A DNA stretch of 58,410 bases, filler included, from Nemertoderma westbladi (taxonomy: Eukaryota > Animalia > Xenacoelomorpha): NCBI GenBank assembly GCA_032718475.1. It is 3 parts of 3 records of this genome, joined end to end, with 100 filler letters (N's around TTAATTAATTAA, not from the genome) between each part and the next. Parts side by side here need not be neighbours in the genome. Positions count along the whole stretch, not along the records: positions 1 to 23,486 come from JAUCBJ010003631.1; 2 more parts are not named here. The stretch is one strand, 5' to 3'. Both the position numbers and the translations under genes were made by a program. Positions within the stretch are counted from its first letter, which is position 1. Each line of letters starts with the position of its first letter. A model generated the notes under the pieces. It ran no database searches. It had not been told where the DNA came from and worked only from the letters and a program-made list of their open reading frames with translations. This document shows positions 1-13,842 of the stretch, piece after piece.

Positions 1-52
1 GTTATATTATATATATTAGTTTAGTTTAGTTTAGATTAGATTAGTATTATTA

Positions 53-1178
53 TTATACTATAGTTAATAAAAACAGTATTTCATTCGGGGGATGGAATGG
101 ATACAACTTGTCTGAATACAAAAGCAAAGCAAAAAGCAAACAGTCGGCCGAAGCCGGAGGCGACCCGAAGGCTCCTCTTTCGATAGCTGCTACCCGAGGG
201 TAGGGGTGGGCGCTACTCCTATCCCAAGATTTGCTCCCAGTTATTTAACTGGTACTGTCTGAATACAATCGGGCCGTTTACCTTACAAAATGAAAAATAA
301 GAATGTGCGAAGTTAAGAACAGTCGGGGGGGGGGGAGTGTCTGGGGGGGAAGTGTCTGGGGGGGAAGTGTCCGGGGGGAAGTGTCCTACTTGAACGGGGG
401 GGAACTGTCCGGGCGGGAAGTGTCCGAACACCCTGAAGGATATATCTACGTATTGTAGCATTCCCCTAGCTTTGAATCATCAGATAATAAATTGACTAAG
501 CCTAAAGTAAGAGCTGTATTGAATGTTAACCAAATTAATATATAAATTACTACAATATTATATAATTCAACAAAATCCTATTAAAAATATTGCAAGTAAC
601 CAGGAAATTTAATATTTAGTGTGTATAATATCTATATATATAGTATGTATATCAATATGTAATTCTGAACACAGAATACAGGTCGACGCTTGTCGATTTT
701 ACCCTGGAGAGGTATAATTTTGATTGCAACAATAATTACATTAATATTACATAATGATACCTATAATTAAAACAATTAATTATTATAATTCTATAGTTAA
801 TAAAAACAGTATATCATTCGGGGGATGGAATTTATAGGTCATCTAATTAATTGTTTAAAGACTAGCAAACAATACGATGTAATTGCATTGATAAAACCCA
901 TAAATAAAACTTGGATATAAAATGTAAAATCGGGATGCAAAAGATCACTTTCTGAGCTACGAAAGGAAAATTGGCACAACTTATCTGGATACAAGCGGTC
1001 CGTTTACCTTACAAAATGAAAAATACGAATGTGCGAAGTTAAGAACAGTCGGGGGGGAAGTGTCCGGGGGGGAAGTGTCCTACTTGAGCGGGGGGGAACT
1101 GTCCGGGGGGGAAGTGTCCGGGGGGGAAGTGTCCGAACACCCTGAAGGATATATATACGTATTGTAGCATTCCCCTAG
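53..1178. repeat. Two diverged copies (about 53-470 and 790-1178) of a non-autonomous element with internal GGGGGGAAGTGTCC tandem repeats
   Basis: Both copies share the blocks TAGTTAATAAAAACAGTAT..TCATTCGGGGGATGGAAT, CCGTTTACCTTACAAAATGAAAAATA..GAATGTGCGAAGTTAAGAACAGTC, (G6-7)AAGTGTCC repeats and GAACACCCTGAAGGATATAT..TTGTAGCATTCCCCTAG. Confidence 0.75.
122..255 (-). mobile_element. 5'-truncated SINE/LINE-tail retroposon inserted into the first repeat copy
   Basis: 13-bp target-site duplication TGTCTGAATACAA at 109-121 and 256-268; (TTTGC)n tail on the minus strand; insert absent from the second repeat copy near 980. Confidence 0.7.
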
Positions 1179-3171
1179 GCCCTCTACACGGCCCATCCCA
1201 TTCATCACTATAATTTTCACGGTGTTTATTAGTGAATGGCAGGTTTAAACACTATTAACACTATTCGAGTTTTACTTAATAAATTAAAACAGGTTTAGTG
1301 ATAATACAAATATTTAGTAAAATATTTGATATGTCCCACAATGGTTAAACCTCCTTATTTGTCACATTAAATGTGACAATCAAAATATTCAATGAAATAT
1401 GAATTTATGATTTCTTGCTTATCCTTGTATAATCGAAATAATGATAGTTTGATATGATGGCAAAATAAAATCGTAAAATAGTAATATTATTTAATACTCA
1501 AAATACAAAAAGATATTACCATATACTCCATGATTCATAAAGCAATCCAAGTTTAATTATACTAGAAGAAGGTACATAGAAAATGTAAATCTTCGGCAAT
1601 CACAAAAAGGATTATCCCAGATTGGAATACACAGAAATACCACAAGAAACTTTAATACTGTAATAATTGGAATATAGTGTTAAATCAGGGACGAGTTACA
1701 CCTGTCTTTAAAAAAGATGACCCATTTGGAGGATCGTTTGGTTCCAGGGAAAATTGAGGCACATGTGATACATAATAACTGATAATGATTATGCTTATAA
1801 GTTACAGAACAGATTCTTTACATAGTGACTATGGCATGTGCAGTGAATGTGCAATTCAATTAGCTATTTTTAATGCGCCCATGTGAAGAATACCAGGTCA
1901 ATTTATGTGGCACAAGCACTGTACGTGTTAAATGAGGTACGATATATGTACCTTATTTGTATTCAATTTATTGTAAATATAGTAGAAGAATTTGCATCTC
2001 TTTTGTAAGAAAAGCTATTAATTAATTTTTAGAAATACTGATTAACGAGAGCGAATTTCCTAGGACATTTGGGTTCATTTAATATGTGCTATGTGGGAGC
2101 ATCTTCTGGTTTATTATATACATATAATAATATCATCCCGAATCTTAGATTAATTGTATATTATATTCATGGCCGCTAGAAGCCTATTCGGTTTGTTTAT
2201 TTGCACAACAATAGTGTCAATAGTAATGTATAAGTCTAAACCACCTCTGTTGGTTGCTAGGCCAGGCGGTGTGATAAGTTACTCCTTTTTGGTAGCTATG
2301 CAAGGTTTTATCGCAGCCCCATTGGCTAGGTTGAAAGCGTGGTGCGAAAGCATACCATTTTTGCGGACAAAATATTACATTAGTTAGTAAGTTTATCATT
2401 TGATTTTTTTTATTGATGATTGCAGGAGAATTGAGGGTTGAACTAAGGGATTCTCAATTTTACTCCTTAGAGATTTCGGACTGGACTAGCATGAACGAGA
2501 TAAGTACATGGGGTTGCGGCATTCGCGTCAGTATATTAGATTAAAGCCGTCATCCTAGCGATGTGAACAATAAACTAGAGATATTAGTTTTTGAACAAAA
2601 TTATAAAATTATATATCACCCTGTGCCCTTGCGGAAAATCCTTGCGGATTGTCTGTAAATAGCGAGATGTTCTGTCTTTAGTAACGAACTTCCTCTCTGG
2701 AGACTGTATCCTAGGGATAGGCTACACGTTGGCCGTGGTTAGCATCATCTGTCTGTCCGTGGACAGGAAGAGTATTAGTTCTTCCGCTGTTTACGGGTGG
2801 ATTGGCAGTGTTTGGCGGATATTAGTGGGAAGACTGCCGGACTAGACCCAGCACCGGTAGTTGAGCCTGCATTTAGAACGGAACGGCTTGAGGTATTCAC
2901 CTTCGACCCCTGAATTGTCACTTATCCAGCGAAGAACTACTTGTCCCTCGAGAACCAAAATAAGAACATTGGTGATTTCGGTTCCTATTTAACAATGCAA
3001 ATATGGTTTTTCTCCAAGATGGCGAGGGAAAGTAATTAAAATTTGGTTTAGATTTGAAGCTCTTCCACAGACAGTTGGCAGTTCGGCGTCTGCATTTAAG
3101 TGCCAGTAGGCCTACTGGTACATATTGTTTTCCGGTTTGAATTTTTTGGATTGAACTGTTAGGTGGTAGTT

Positions 3172-3245
3172 AGGTACTTGGCAGGATTTCCTCGACTTCT
3201 GGAGCCAGTAGGTGGAGTTACCATCACCCCATCACCATTATGATG
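3172..3245 (-). mobile_element. Short RTE LINE fragment
   Basis: Reverse complement matches 18790-18865 (GVMxTPPTGSRxRGNPAKYLT) of the longer RTE copy. Confidence 0.7.
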
Positions 3246-3255
3246 ACACACACAT

Positions 3256-3940
3256 GTAGAACATTATTAGAGATATTTTTTTATGGTAGCTAGTGTTTTT
3301 TACTAGCTTTTATTTTTTGAAATTTTAAAAATACTGTATTTTTTTTATTTTTGTTATTGGTAAGTGTTCGAGAACATTATTAGAGATATTTTTTTATGGT
3401 AGCTAGTGTTTTTTACTAGCTTTTATTTTTTGAAATTTTAAAAATACTGTATTTTTTTTATTTTTGTTATTGGTAAGTGTTCGAGAACATTATTATATAT
3501 TATTTATTAAGGTGTAGCTAGTGTTTTTTTTACTAGCTAGCATTTTCTTGAAATTATAAAAAAAAACTTGTTAAAACATTGATATTTCAGAATTAGGCCT
3601 AAACTGTTGCAGATTATATTAATTACCAAAAATATTGATTATATTATAACAGTCCCTGAATGAGATCCAGCTATTATCTAGGATAAAAATTTAGGCTTGT
3701 TAACCAACCAACAACAAATACAGTTTACATACACAATATATAAAAAAAATCAGTTTTAAACATTTTAATGACATACTATTACTAGCTAGTAAATAATTCA
3801 AAAGCTCCATAAAAACACCATAGCTACCATAACTACTAATGTTAACAAAAAAAAGTAAAATTTTTTTATTTTTCAAAAAAATACTAGCTAGTAAAAAATA
3901 CACTAGCTACCATATAATAATATCTATTAAGGTTCTAGAA
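3256..3940. repeat. AT-rich foldback/MITE-like repeat with ~114-bp direct repeats and an inverted arm
   Basis: AGAACATTATTAGAGATATTTTTTTATGGTAGCTAGTGTTTTTTACTAGC occurs at about 3258 and 3371, with a partial third copy at about 3484; inverted counterpart CTAGCTAGTAAAAAATACACTAGCTACCAT at about 3884-3913. Confidence 0.6.
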
Positions 3941-3971
3941 CATTCACAATTATATAGTACCAATTAAATTT

Positions 3972-4068
3972 GGTCCTGGACAATTCGGTCCCGGACAATT
4001 CTGTCCCATTAATATGTATGTTTTGGGACCGAATTGTCCGGACCGAATTGTCCGGGACCGTATTGTCC
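3972..4068. repeat. Small palindromic MITE-like element
   Basis: GGACAATTCGGTCCC repeats on the left face GGGACCGAATTGTCC repeats on the right. Confidence 0.55.
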
Positions 4069-4069
4069 T

Positions 4070-4960
4070 GCTTCCTCCTGTTTCGAGGGTATACAGGAAC
4101 TGTTTGTGGAGCTGCTAACTTAACTGCTTCTGTGAAGGCAGTATAGCCCTCACAGTGATCCTCCGCCTCAGAGGCAAGAACCTCATACCTGTTGCTCAGC
4201 TGTAGTGTGAAGCTGGATCTCACACTTGGCTGTTGCAACAGAGAGGACCAGTCATGCCGCGGCAAGGCAGATTTCGTTGTTCTGCTAGAACGCAGACTAA
4301 GTCTTACCTTGACCACAATAAGGCGGTGATCACTGGAGAAGGGACGAAGTGTAAAAACATTACAGTCTTGTATAGAGCTCCTGTATTTCCTACGAAACAG
4401 AATATGGTCTATCTGGGACTTGTGACCACTGGGTTCACTATGAATCCATAGCTTTCCAGTTCGCTTCTTGAACTGGGTTCCAGCCGAAAACAATCCATTT
4501 GCATAAATAAAATCCTGAAGATGGACGGAATTTCGGTTAGCACTATCGCTATAGACCCAAGGAGATGCTGGTTTGCCATTCCACAGGGGGGTGTCGCAGT
4601 AGAGTCAGATATGAGCCCCATCACCCATATCTACTCTGACGCACATGACCCACCATTGGCTGTACAGCTCATCTCCTGGGCCATGCCCTGTACCCCTGCT
4701 GCCAGGTGCAGGTCGCAGTGAAGTGCACTCAGAGTGGACATGAGAACACTCTACTCCTGACCAGCCATTGGTAGAACACCATCTGCCTGGCCTGGCCATA
4801 TACCCCTGCGGCCAAGTATATGGGCCCTTAATCCAGGACCAAGGGCATCCTTATCCCAGAAGGAAGGGGGTCCTAGTTACAGGACCAGATTTGTCCTAGT
4901 AAGAGGGTCTATGCAGCCACAGGTGACACCTCCTTTATGCTGCATGGAGGCGGCAAGTTT
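4070..4960 (-). mobile_element. RTE LINE 5' portion: probable 5' UTR plus C-terminal half of the AP endonuclease, internally deleted
   Basis: ORF 3927..4493 contains the APE C-terminal motifs SQIDHILFRRK and SSDHRLIVVKVRLSL, followed by the RTE-type linker FTLQLSNRYEVL. Confidence 0.75.
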
Positions 4961-5069
4961 TCTTGATCAATGACCTAGAATACCTGACCTGACCTGATCA
5001 ACAGGTAGGAAGGAAGACAACAGATTGATCAAATCAATCATGGTGGAATTTTCTAAGTTTACCGTGAAA

Positions 5070-5275
5070 CAAAGTATTCCACCACTACAACCTTCACACT
5101 TCTCTTGGCTATCTAAACATTGGAGAACCTTTTATCAACTATTTCGAGACCAATGTTGCTCAACAGGATTTCTCATCAACTGAGAAATTCAACTACCTTA
5201 TACCAGCAGTTAAGAGGTCAACCAAAGGAACTGGTAAGTATGTTTATAGGCGACGACAATGCCTTTGATATATGT
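5070..5275 (+). pseudogene. Degenerate BEL/Pao gag (DUF1759-like) fragment
   Basis: Frameshift-corrected translation PPLQPSHFS..HWRTFINYFETNV..FSSTEKFNYLYQQLRGQPKELV fits the W..F...FE..V....EKF.YL...L.G pattern of BEL gag. Confidence 0.5.
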
Positions 5276-5669
5276 TTCATGAGCCACTTATCCTAGGATA
5301 TATTGTACTTGGATTCCCAATGTTTGGGCGTTGATTTCATCAGCAGTGACTTTGCACTGCACTGTATCCGGCGTAATACAGACCTGTGCAGGTATCGATT
5401 TTTTAATTTCTAAGAATTCGTAGTTTTCCAATGGATAGTCTCAAAGCGTGATTAGTTGAATTATCCAATGTCTAACAAATATTGACGACACTCACACACA
5501 GAGAAAGTCCTGGGGCACAGCAGAATATTCATTATTCAGTATTCATTACCCAGTCTATATTTGAATATTGGGCTTTTTGTACTGTGAATATTGCTGTATC
5601 ATACTAATTCTATGATTTCTTATTTATATTTACATTTTGTCATTTTATAAATGCTTTATTTTAACAATT

Positions 5670-6030
5670 TAAGATTCCGTTTGCTCCTGTTCCTGCTTCT
5701 GGATTCTGGCAGTACCAGAGATATTCATATATTTACATACTACGGCAGCTGCATCCAAATGATGTATGAAATACGGTAGATTACACCACCGACTGCTGCA
5801 AACAATGCAGCATACACCGACAAAACAGTTCAAAATAGACCATCCTCAGACAGTGCAAGATGTATTACTCTCCATTTAGTCCATGGCAGCATTTCATACA
5901 TATGAGTGTGATAACAAGCCCATCTCAAGCAAGGAGCCGAGATCCATGCCATGCTGAGTTAAGCAGCCATTTTTCCCTACCTACAATGATATTCTTTTCA
6001 CTTTAAGAAATACTTCAGAAATTGACATTA
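5670..6030 (+). pseudogene. Highly degenerate MULE-type transposase remnant
   Basis: Broken frames read FLLLDSGSTRDIHIF, QCSIH and AAIFP...SFHF, resembling the order of MULE DDE-domain motifs. Confidence 0.3.
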
Positions 6031-6210
6031 TCGACAAAACATCGGCGAATTAATAATATCTCGTCTCAGTGGTAAGTTATCAATTAAAGTAAAGGGAGAA
6101 TTTTACAGTTTGAGGCACGTTATTCTAAACAAAACAATAAACGGAAGTCAATAAAACAGGTTACAGTTTTATTTTTGGGAGTAATCAATCAGCTGTTATA
6201 TGCGCCTTAA

Positions 6211-6490
6211 GGCCCGTTCACATCCAGGGCCAGCGGTACACCGCTGACTGTGAACGACCCAACAGGTAGTTGTGCGCTAAACCGCGCGGTTTACCGCAGC
6301 CTATTTAAACAACGTTAAAATAATTAATGTAATTTCCTGTTGAATTCACAGTCGACAGATAGACAATTAGTTACCGCAACGGTACCATATTGGGTGTGAA
6401 CGGGCTCTGGGTAGTGTACCGCTAGCTTACCGCTTCAATACCGCTAGACTACTTTACTGCTCAAGCACCGTTGGATGGGAACGGGGATTT
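6211..6490. mobile_element. PIF/Harbinger-like MITE
   Basis: Left end TAA|GGCCCGTTCACATCCA, imperfect right end TGGATGGGAACGGGG; internal TGTGAACG repeats. Confidence 0.45.
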
Positions 6491-6799
6491 AAGTCATCCT
6501 TATCTGTTGGATTTCGCTCATTCATATTTATTCCCTATGACAAAATATAATTATTGCAACGGTTTGCCTATATCTCCTGTCTGCAGTTCGTAACAGTCAT
6601 ATCTGTCAACAGAGACAATTAAATTAACTACACTGATAAAGTGACAAGCTGTAGGCCTACTCTTACATTAGAAGCCATATCTTGATGGCTTTTGCTAACG
6701 GAATCGGATTGAAAAAGTCCTAGCTAATGCAGTATATGAAACTTAATTACAAAATTAAGTATTCATACTGTAGAATAAAATATTTCACATCGGAGGCAG

Positions 6800-7270
6800 T
6801 TTAGAGGCCTGTTTTAAGGCCGCTGACATTAACCTTGCCTACACTGTTTTTAAAGATATATTTCTAAAGGCACTTAATACTGTAGCACCAATTAAAGAAA
6901 TTAGTCTTAAACAACGCACTGAGCCCTGGATGACCTCGGGTATTCTTGGTAATAGCAGAGAAAGAGATAACTATTTGTATAAATTTAGGAAATACCGTGT
7001 TTTAGGTGATTATAATAATTACTGCAAATATAGAAACCTTGTCCAACGGGAAATAAAAAAAGCGAAATCTGAATTATTTGTACAACAAAATAAGTGAGAA
7101 TAAAGATAATCCTAAAAGTCTATGGTCTACCATAAAATCTTTAGGTTATAAAAACCTTAAATCTAAATCGAATATTGTTCTGCAAGATAACGGTGAGCTG
7201 ATTCATGATCATACTCTAGTTAGTAATTTATTTAATAATTATTTTACTAATGTTGCCTCTAATTTAAAAT
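6800..7270 (+). mobile_element. CR1/L2-group LINE ORF2 fragment (region between endonuclease and RT)
   Basis: Reads KQRTEPWMTSGIL..RERD.YLYKFRK..YCKYRNLVQREIKKAKS then NKDNPKSLWSTIKSLG..FNNYFTNVA. Confidence 0.7.
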
Positions 7271-10200
7271 TATAAATTAATTTATATGTATTCCATCTAA
7301 TTGCTAACACCAAAAAACCGGTGTAAATCTAAAATAGAGACAAACACCCCCCCGGGTTTAATAGGGTTAAGTCCTGTTTAAATTACTTAAAAATGTCTAC
7401 AATTTCGTAGTTCATTTCTGATATCAATTTCCAGTTGAGACGTTTCTCAACTTCAGAACTTATATCGTAAATTACTTGCAAATGCAAACTTCCATCTTAC
7501 AGTGGAAACCATATCCCGCTTTTATTAGGTGGATTCAAAAGATTGATTCGGCAACCAAATGATAGGGGGTTGCAGGAATTGCATTTGCAAACTTGTAAAG
7601 TAAGGTTTCCATCGGAAATCGAAAGTTAAAAGTTATTTACAGTATATTACAGTCATATAATATCGAACTCTTTAGTATGCCAACAAAGTTCCTATGAAGT
7701 CTTATTATTGCGGGGATGGCGTCTACTGTTCCATCTCAGTTGGGTATTTCCAGTTTATCTAAAGTCTAGGTTAGTATGGTTAATGAAACTAGGCCTACGC
7801 GTATTGTTGGAAGAACCTGTAGAAAGTAAATCGGTTGTCGGCGTAGCGTTTACACCAATACCTATAACTTGATTTTGTCCCATTTTATACTAAACTGATT
7901 ACTTCCTCTTACAATTCGGAATATTTCTTCATCAAGGACGTTATTATCTGTCATATTCCACGCCCTTCCAAGCTCCAGTCAATAACCAAAAAGTTAATGA
8001 TTTTTTTAAATTAATTTGAACCTTAACGTTCGGATTCGTACCACGCCTAAACTACAGTATTACCAGTTACACTAGGATACGTCGACTAGTAACTGGATTT
8101 ACAGAATCAGCAATTATCGTATTATTATTAAAAGAAAAAAAAGGTAAAGTTATATTCGGCCGTTACGCCAGGGATTACGGACAAAGTCTGACTACTTATT
8201 TCCAGAACGGTACCCCAAGATCAATATAGTGGAAACTGCAGTATTCATTAACTAACTACAATTTATGGATGCAAGAGGCCTGGGCTATTATTATTTATCT
8301 TTTACATTCAAAATTCACTTTAATAAAATAATAAAATGCGGAGGCACCTCGTCGGACGTAGCTGTTTTTTTTAATTGGTACAGTATAAAACAAGCGTCAC
8401 GACACCATGTTTGTTTCACCGCATAATCTACTGTAGGCTTATTATATAAAGATATACCTAAATAAGAAAGTACAAAATCACAAAAAATAAAGCACAATAA
8501 AAAATTGATGCAAAAATAATCACTCTCAGGAAAAAGCAAGCAGTTTGGGGGGGGGGGGGGGTGGGGGTGGAGGAGAGATCTATTTTTATTATTGAAAGAA
8601 ATGCTTCCTCTTCCAAATAATGTATATCAGTGTTGCGTAACTAATAGCTGCGTAGAATGCGGCAAAATTTTTTTTTTATCTGTAAATTTGTTATCAAATT
8701 TATTCCACAAACAAACAAGAAGGATGTATTAGTTTACAGGCTTACATTATTGTTATTTCTGGGGTGATATATTTTATTAGTTCGTTTATTCAGTTTCGTA
8801 GCATTATAATATTTAGAATTGTTTCGAATGGTAAGGCCCAGAGGTTAATATTCAAATGTTTGACTAAAATGTTAAGTAAGTACTGTAGTTTGCTTGTTAT
8901 ATTTATTTATATTACTTACATTTGTAGGTAGACCCACTCAGTGAGAGTAGCAACTTCACGTTTCTGATTTCCTATTCGAGAGTTTAATTTATTGTGGTAT
9001 ATTTTACCGTATACATCCAGTATAAATAATATTCATTCAATGCATACACGGAAATAAAGAAAGAAAAATAACAAGGAATTCAACATTCAATGTATAACAT
9101 TCCACTTGTTCCTGATTAAATCGCGAATGTTTCACGGTTTAGTGTATCATGGTATAGGTGGTAGTGTAGATGAGGTTACTGGTAATACCTTTCCTCTCTG
9201 ACTTCCCCATAGACTAATCACATCCTCAAGGTGTGAAGGAAATAGGACGGCTGGATCACCTAATGAGCACTTTCAATGAATTTAATTATCAGATGAAGCT
9301 CTCAGAATATGGGAGTAATGCACTAAAAAAGAATTACATTATGGAACTAGAAATCAAAGCATGGGTAACATTTTTGCAGGGAAATAATACGTAGGTAGGT
9401 GTTCCGAACCTTGTTAGTCCAAGAAACAGTAACTGTTCTAGCTATGCACTGGAATATTGATAAGTATCCCCTTAAGTTTCTCTAATCCACGGTTTTGGCG
9501 CAGATATAATATATATTAATAGAGTAGATACAATCCCGGGTCTGTGTGGGGCTACCATTAACATTCATTCAATCCAAACTGGTTGAAAACAAAGACGAAA
9601 CAGTTCCAAAAATGTGCCATTTTCATGACTGTTAGTCAGTTAAAACCTGAGCTATATACTATGCTATGTTAAACGGGCTTAAACATATATGCGCACCACA
9701 AGGATATATAGGTATTAACACGCAAACCGCGCAAATTACTAAAATCAAAATTATAAATAATTGCTTAAAACCAAAACTAATTAATCCTAAAAACATATAG
9801 GCCTAGCTTTCGAGTAGAAGCGAGCGAAAGTAGATAATTACAGTAAGAGAAATAGAGAATTAACTATACATCGGTACAAAATACAAATATCTACAGAGAA
9901 AATGGAAAAGTGAGTCAAACAAGTAAATATATATCTGAACACTACCAATCAAATGTAATGATACCAAATCTATGCAATAATTCTAACAAATAAAACCTTT
10001 TAAAATGTATTCAACTAAAAATCTAAGAAAATATCTCATAAAATCAATACAGTGTTGTTGTTGTTGTTGTCTATTATAGGCGTAAATAAATAAATAAATA
10101 ATATCTATATTGTGTCGGCAACTGATATAATTATCGAGTTAATCAATATATAAATAATTGGAGGTAAATAAAGAATGCGTTATTCAATGTAATAATAAGT

Positions 10201-11642
10201 ACCAGCTGGGATCATGAGATGAGTTCTAAGACAATAAAACGCATTCTTCAACAATATATAGCCTACTCGGATTGAGAAAGCCCGCATTTGCATTTCCCCA
10301 GGTGGTATTCTATAATCTTACATAATCCAACCTCTACCGCAAGATTCCTTGATTATAACCTAAAACATTCGGCAAATTCGGTGGCGCTAATCTTGATACG
10401 ATCTTTGAAAGGTCAATCAATGATGGTTTCAACTGCCGGAGGTCAGAATAGGATAAAGGTCCGAAAAATCAAGATGAATGTCCGATACACCAGGACGAAG
10501 GCCCGACACAGCAAGGGGCTAAGATAAGTTTTAATAAGTTACAAAGTAAATTAATTTAAAATAGATTTTTGTTAAACACCACATCAATATTATTAATTAA
10601 TTATAGCAACAGGAACATAGGCCTACATGCCGTATACACAGTAATAAATTGCAATATATATATAAATATTTTTAGAATATTAATTAAAAAAATAAACAAA
10701 ATATAATTGTCGTATGTGGAGAACCAGTTGTATGCAATAAAGAATAATGGATCTGTAGCGGTTGGAAACTTAACTTCGAACAAAAAACTAAATACCAATA
10801 ATAACTTCAATATATTTGACCAATATACTTTCAGTTTCAACCTGTTGTCTGTTACTGCCTGACTCTTATTGTCTTCTGCAGTACCATCGGTACTGCAGTT
10901 TAACAGGCTACTTGATTATTATAATATATTTAAACCATTTTTATACTACAATGGGAAGCGGAGATATACCGCTTCAGATCAAATGAAAATCAACTGACGT
11001 TCAATCACTTAATAAATGTTTCTATATTATTTAAAAAAAAATGTTTGTTTATATTATTTTTGAAAAAGAAAAGGAGAATTATCGAAAGTTCATAAAATAA
11101 TAAAAAAACATTTTCTAAGTGATTGAACGTCAGTTAATTTTTATTTAATCCATTATTCTTTATAAATATTTTCATAACTTTATAATAATTATAAATAATA
11201 TAATAGGCCAACTACTAATAGAAACAGTTTCATGCTGCAGTGGGGAAGGACACCTTCTCCTTCTGTACTGTACATGTATATCTACAATGCGTGAAATGAA
11301 GTTGAGGATGTCGTTGAAGAATACCGGATTGTCCTACATGAACTCTTGCAACAGATCCATCTCTTCAAGAAGGTGGATATCGGGAGTGCGTTGCTGTGGG
11401 GACTGACTGGGGAGATGCTATGGCCAATGGCTCGTTGTCTGTTTCCGAATTGCCACAAACGACGGAAACCATCAGTAGGCCTAATTGTAAGTTGTAAAAG
11501 AAATTGTTTCTTTGTTAAATGTAAATCAATGTTATATATGAAGCTAAACCTTGAACGTTCGTCAATAAAAGAATTTCTTAATTGTTACAATGACGTCATT
11601 CACATGACGTCGTGAGAAAGATTTTCAGATAAATTCGGATTC

Positions 11643-12249
11643 ATGCTGCATTGCAGCTGAATTTTTAAAAATGCTGTGCCGGCTTTTCGACAACATTGCG
11701 CCGCCAAAACTCCCTATCACCCATGACATTTGCTAGATTATCCGCATCTTCAAGGCCAGTGTCCTTTCAGATGCGTCTCAAGAAAGTCATGGGCTGTCCA
11801 CCATGCTTATTCACTTCATGAGGCTGCCAAAGCACAAGATTATGCACTGGCTGGTCCTCACGGCGAAAGCAATGTCCTGCAAAGCGGAGGCGACTTTGTT
11901 CTAGTGTCAAGCTTGGAGGAACCAATGAGACACCTCCAATGTTATATAGTGTCTGGTTGGAGATGTGTGCATTGTACTTGACACAATGAACCCGGCGTAG
12001 CATTCTTGTGAATGTGCCATCCAGAGATTTGGTGTCCTCAGCAGTTAGAGCCCAGCATGAGCTCCCATAGAGGAGTACTGGAACTACTGCTGCTCTAAAT
12101 AATCGGACCTTAAGTTTCTGGTTAATTCTCGGTGACTTCCAAATCCTGGAAAGCCTATTCAAGGCTGCCCATGCCTTTCCCTTACGTATTCGAAGGTCCT
12201 CATCTGACTTCCGGATCCATGATCCCAGGTAACATAAGTCGTCCACAAG
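11643..12249 (-). mobile_element. 5'-truncated RTE LINE 3' end
   Basis: ORF 11767..12246 is near-identical to the C-terminus of ORF 18500..19654; same 3' end. Confidence 0.9.
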
Positions 12250-13587
12250 CTCAATCAGACTTTGTCATGGGATGATAAACAAAATGTTTGTTGCATTTGG
12301 CCTCTACAAACTTTTTCTTCGATAAAGTACAGTGGTTGGCCGTGAATGAAGTCCGATGGGACGAAAGTCCGATAAGGACGAAGGTCTGAAAAAATAGAGT
12401 CCACTTTCGGATCTTCGCCTCATTCCGACCTTCAACACGATACCCATTGGGAAGTGGTGTAATTAAATTATAAATTTGTGGCAATTTGTTTACACTACTA
12501 TGCCTGGGCGGGCAACACTAGTTACCTAGATCGGGGTGTATATTACAGTAGACCTAGGCCTACATACTCTACACTATTATTATACTGTATATCATTATTA
12601 TTAATGATCAATAATGTGTTCAATGTTATAACATATTTCCAGTATATTGCAATATTCACCTCTATTGATATAGGTATTATCTATAAACATTGTATCTTAT
12701 TAAATTATGCCTAGCTGGACCCCAGAATGCATCAAATAAAGCAACAATTAAATACAAACAAAAGTTAATAACCATCAACTGACTGATTTCCTGTACCAAT
12801 ATCTAAGAAGAGATAAATTGAGATTGCATCCATGCGGACTCTGAGAGATCAATTAATTTATTAACGTGAATTAAACAACTGTACAGCACGCAGTATACAC
12901 CCAGTACACATACACCCCAACTTATTAAAAGTCGTTAATTCTCAAAGCTATGTAAATAATCCCATGTTTATTCTAAACCTAACAAACTTGTGAATTAATG
13001 TCCATTTATAAAATTAGGCAGCAGCTTATTTTTGGCGATAACTTCGTGAGTTTTGATCGCAGGGAGCTGATTTTGGAGCTGATTTTGTTCGGAATTTAAC
13101 AATTTTATTCAAATCCACTTCCAATTTTATGATTTTATTATGTTTTCTCATTCAAAAACACTGTGAAAAATAACAATTGTGTTTTAACTTGCATCCAAAT
13201 CGTTGTTTTTCTATAATAATTATCGGAATGTTAATAAGAAAACGAAAAAATCTTATATTTTGTAATAATATTTATAAACGTACTCATTATAATGAATTAC
13301 GTACATGAATAATCAAAAAGTATTTCCAACCATAATTGTCCATCTGCTACCACAAATGCAATAGGTTTCCTTGGAAACAATAACAATAAATATCTGATAT
13401 ACACCATGACCCGTAATATAGTGTCATTTTCTGATGACAAGGACCCCCCCCCCCCCCCCCCCCCCCAGAAATTTGAAACACAATTTAAGTTCACCTCACC
13501 GTGGTTGTTACCATGAAGCCGGAATTTTCGATTTTGCCTTTAAATATTTTTATAGCGTTTTAAAAAAGTGTCTTTTCCGAAATTGCT

Positions 13588-13842
13588 ACTAGGATCGGCA
13601 TGCTGCATTGCAGCTGCATTTTTAAGAATGCTGTGCCGGCTTATCGACAAAATTGCACCGCCACAACTCCCTATCACCCATGACATTTGCTAGATCATCC
13701 GCATCTTCAAGGCTAGTGTCCTTTAAGATGCGTCTGAAGAAAGTCATGGGCTGTCCACCATGCTTATTCACTCCATGAGGCTGCCAAAGTACAAGATTAT
13801 GCACTGGCTGGTCCTCACGGCGAACGTAATGTCCTGCAAAGT
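13588..13842 (-). mobile_element. 5'-truncated RTE LINE 3' end
   Basis: FAGHYVRREDQPVHNLVLWQP..DKPAQHS plus 3' UTR ATGCAGCTGCAATGCAGCATGCCGATCCTAGTAG. Confidence 0.9.

Noticed and set aside
7380-7990. Possible degraded coding sequence on the minus strand (similar impression at 2200-3160)
   Set aside because: Multiple stops and no family motif I can name; needs BLASTx
11290-11615. Coding-looking stretch and 89-aa ORF
   Set aside because: No recognisable motif or convincing splice pair in any frame
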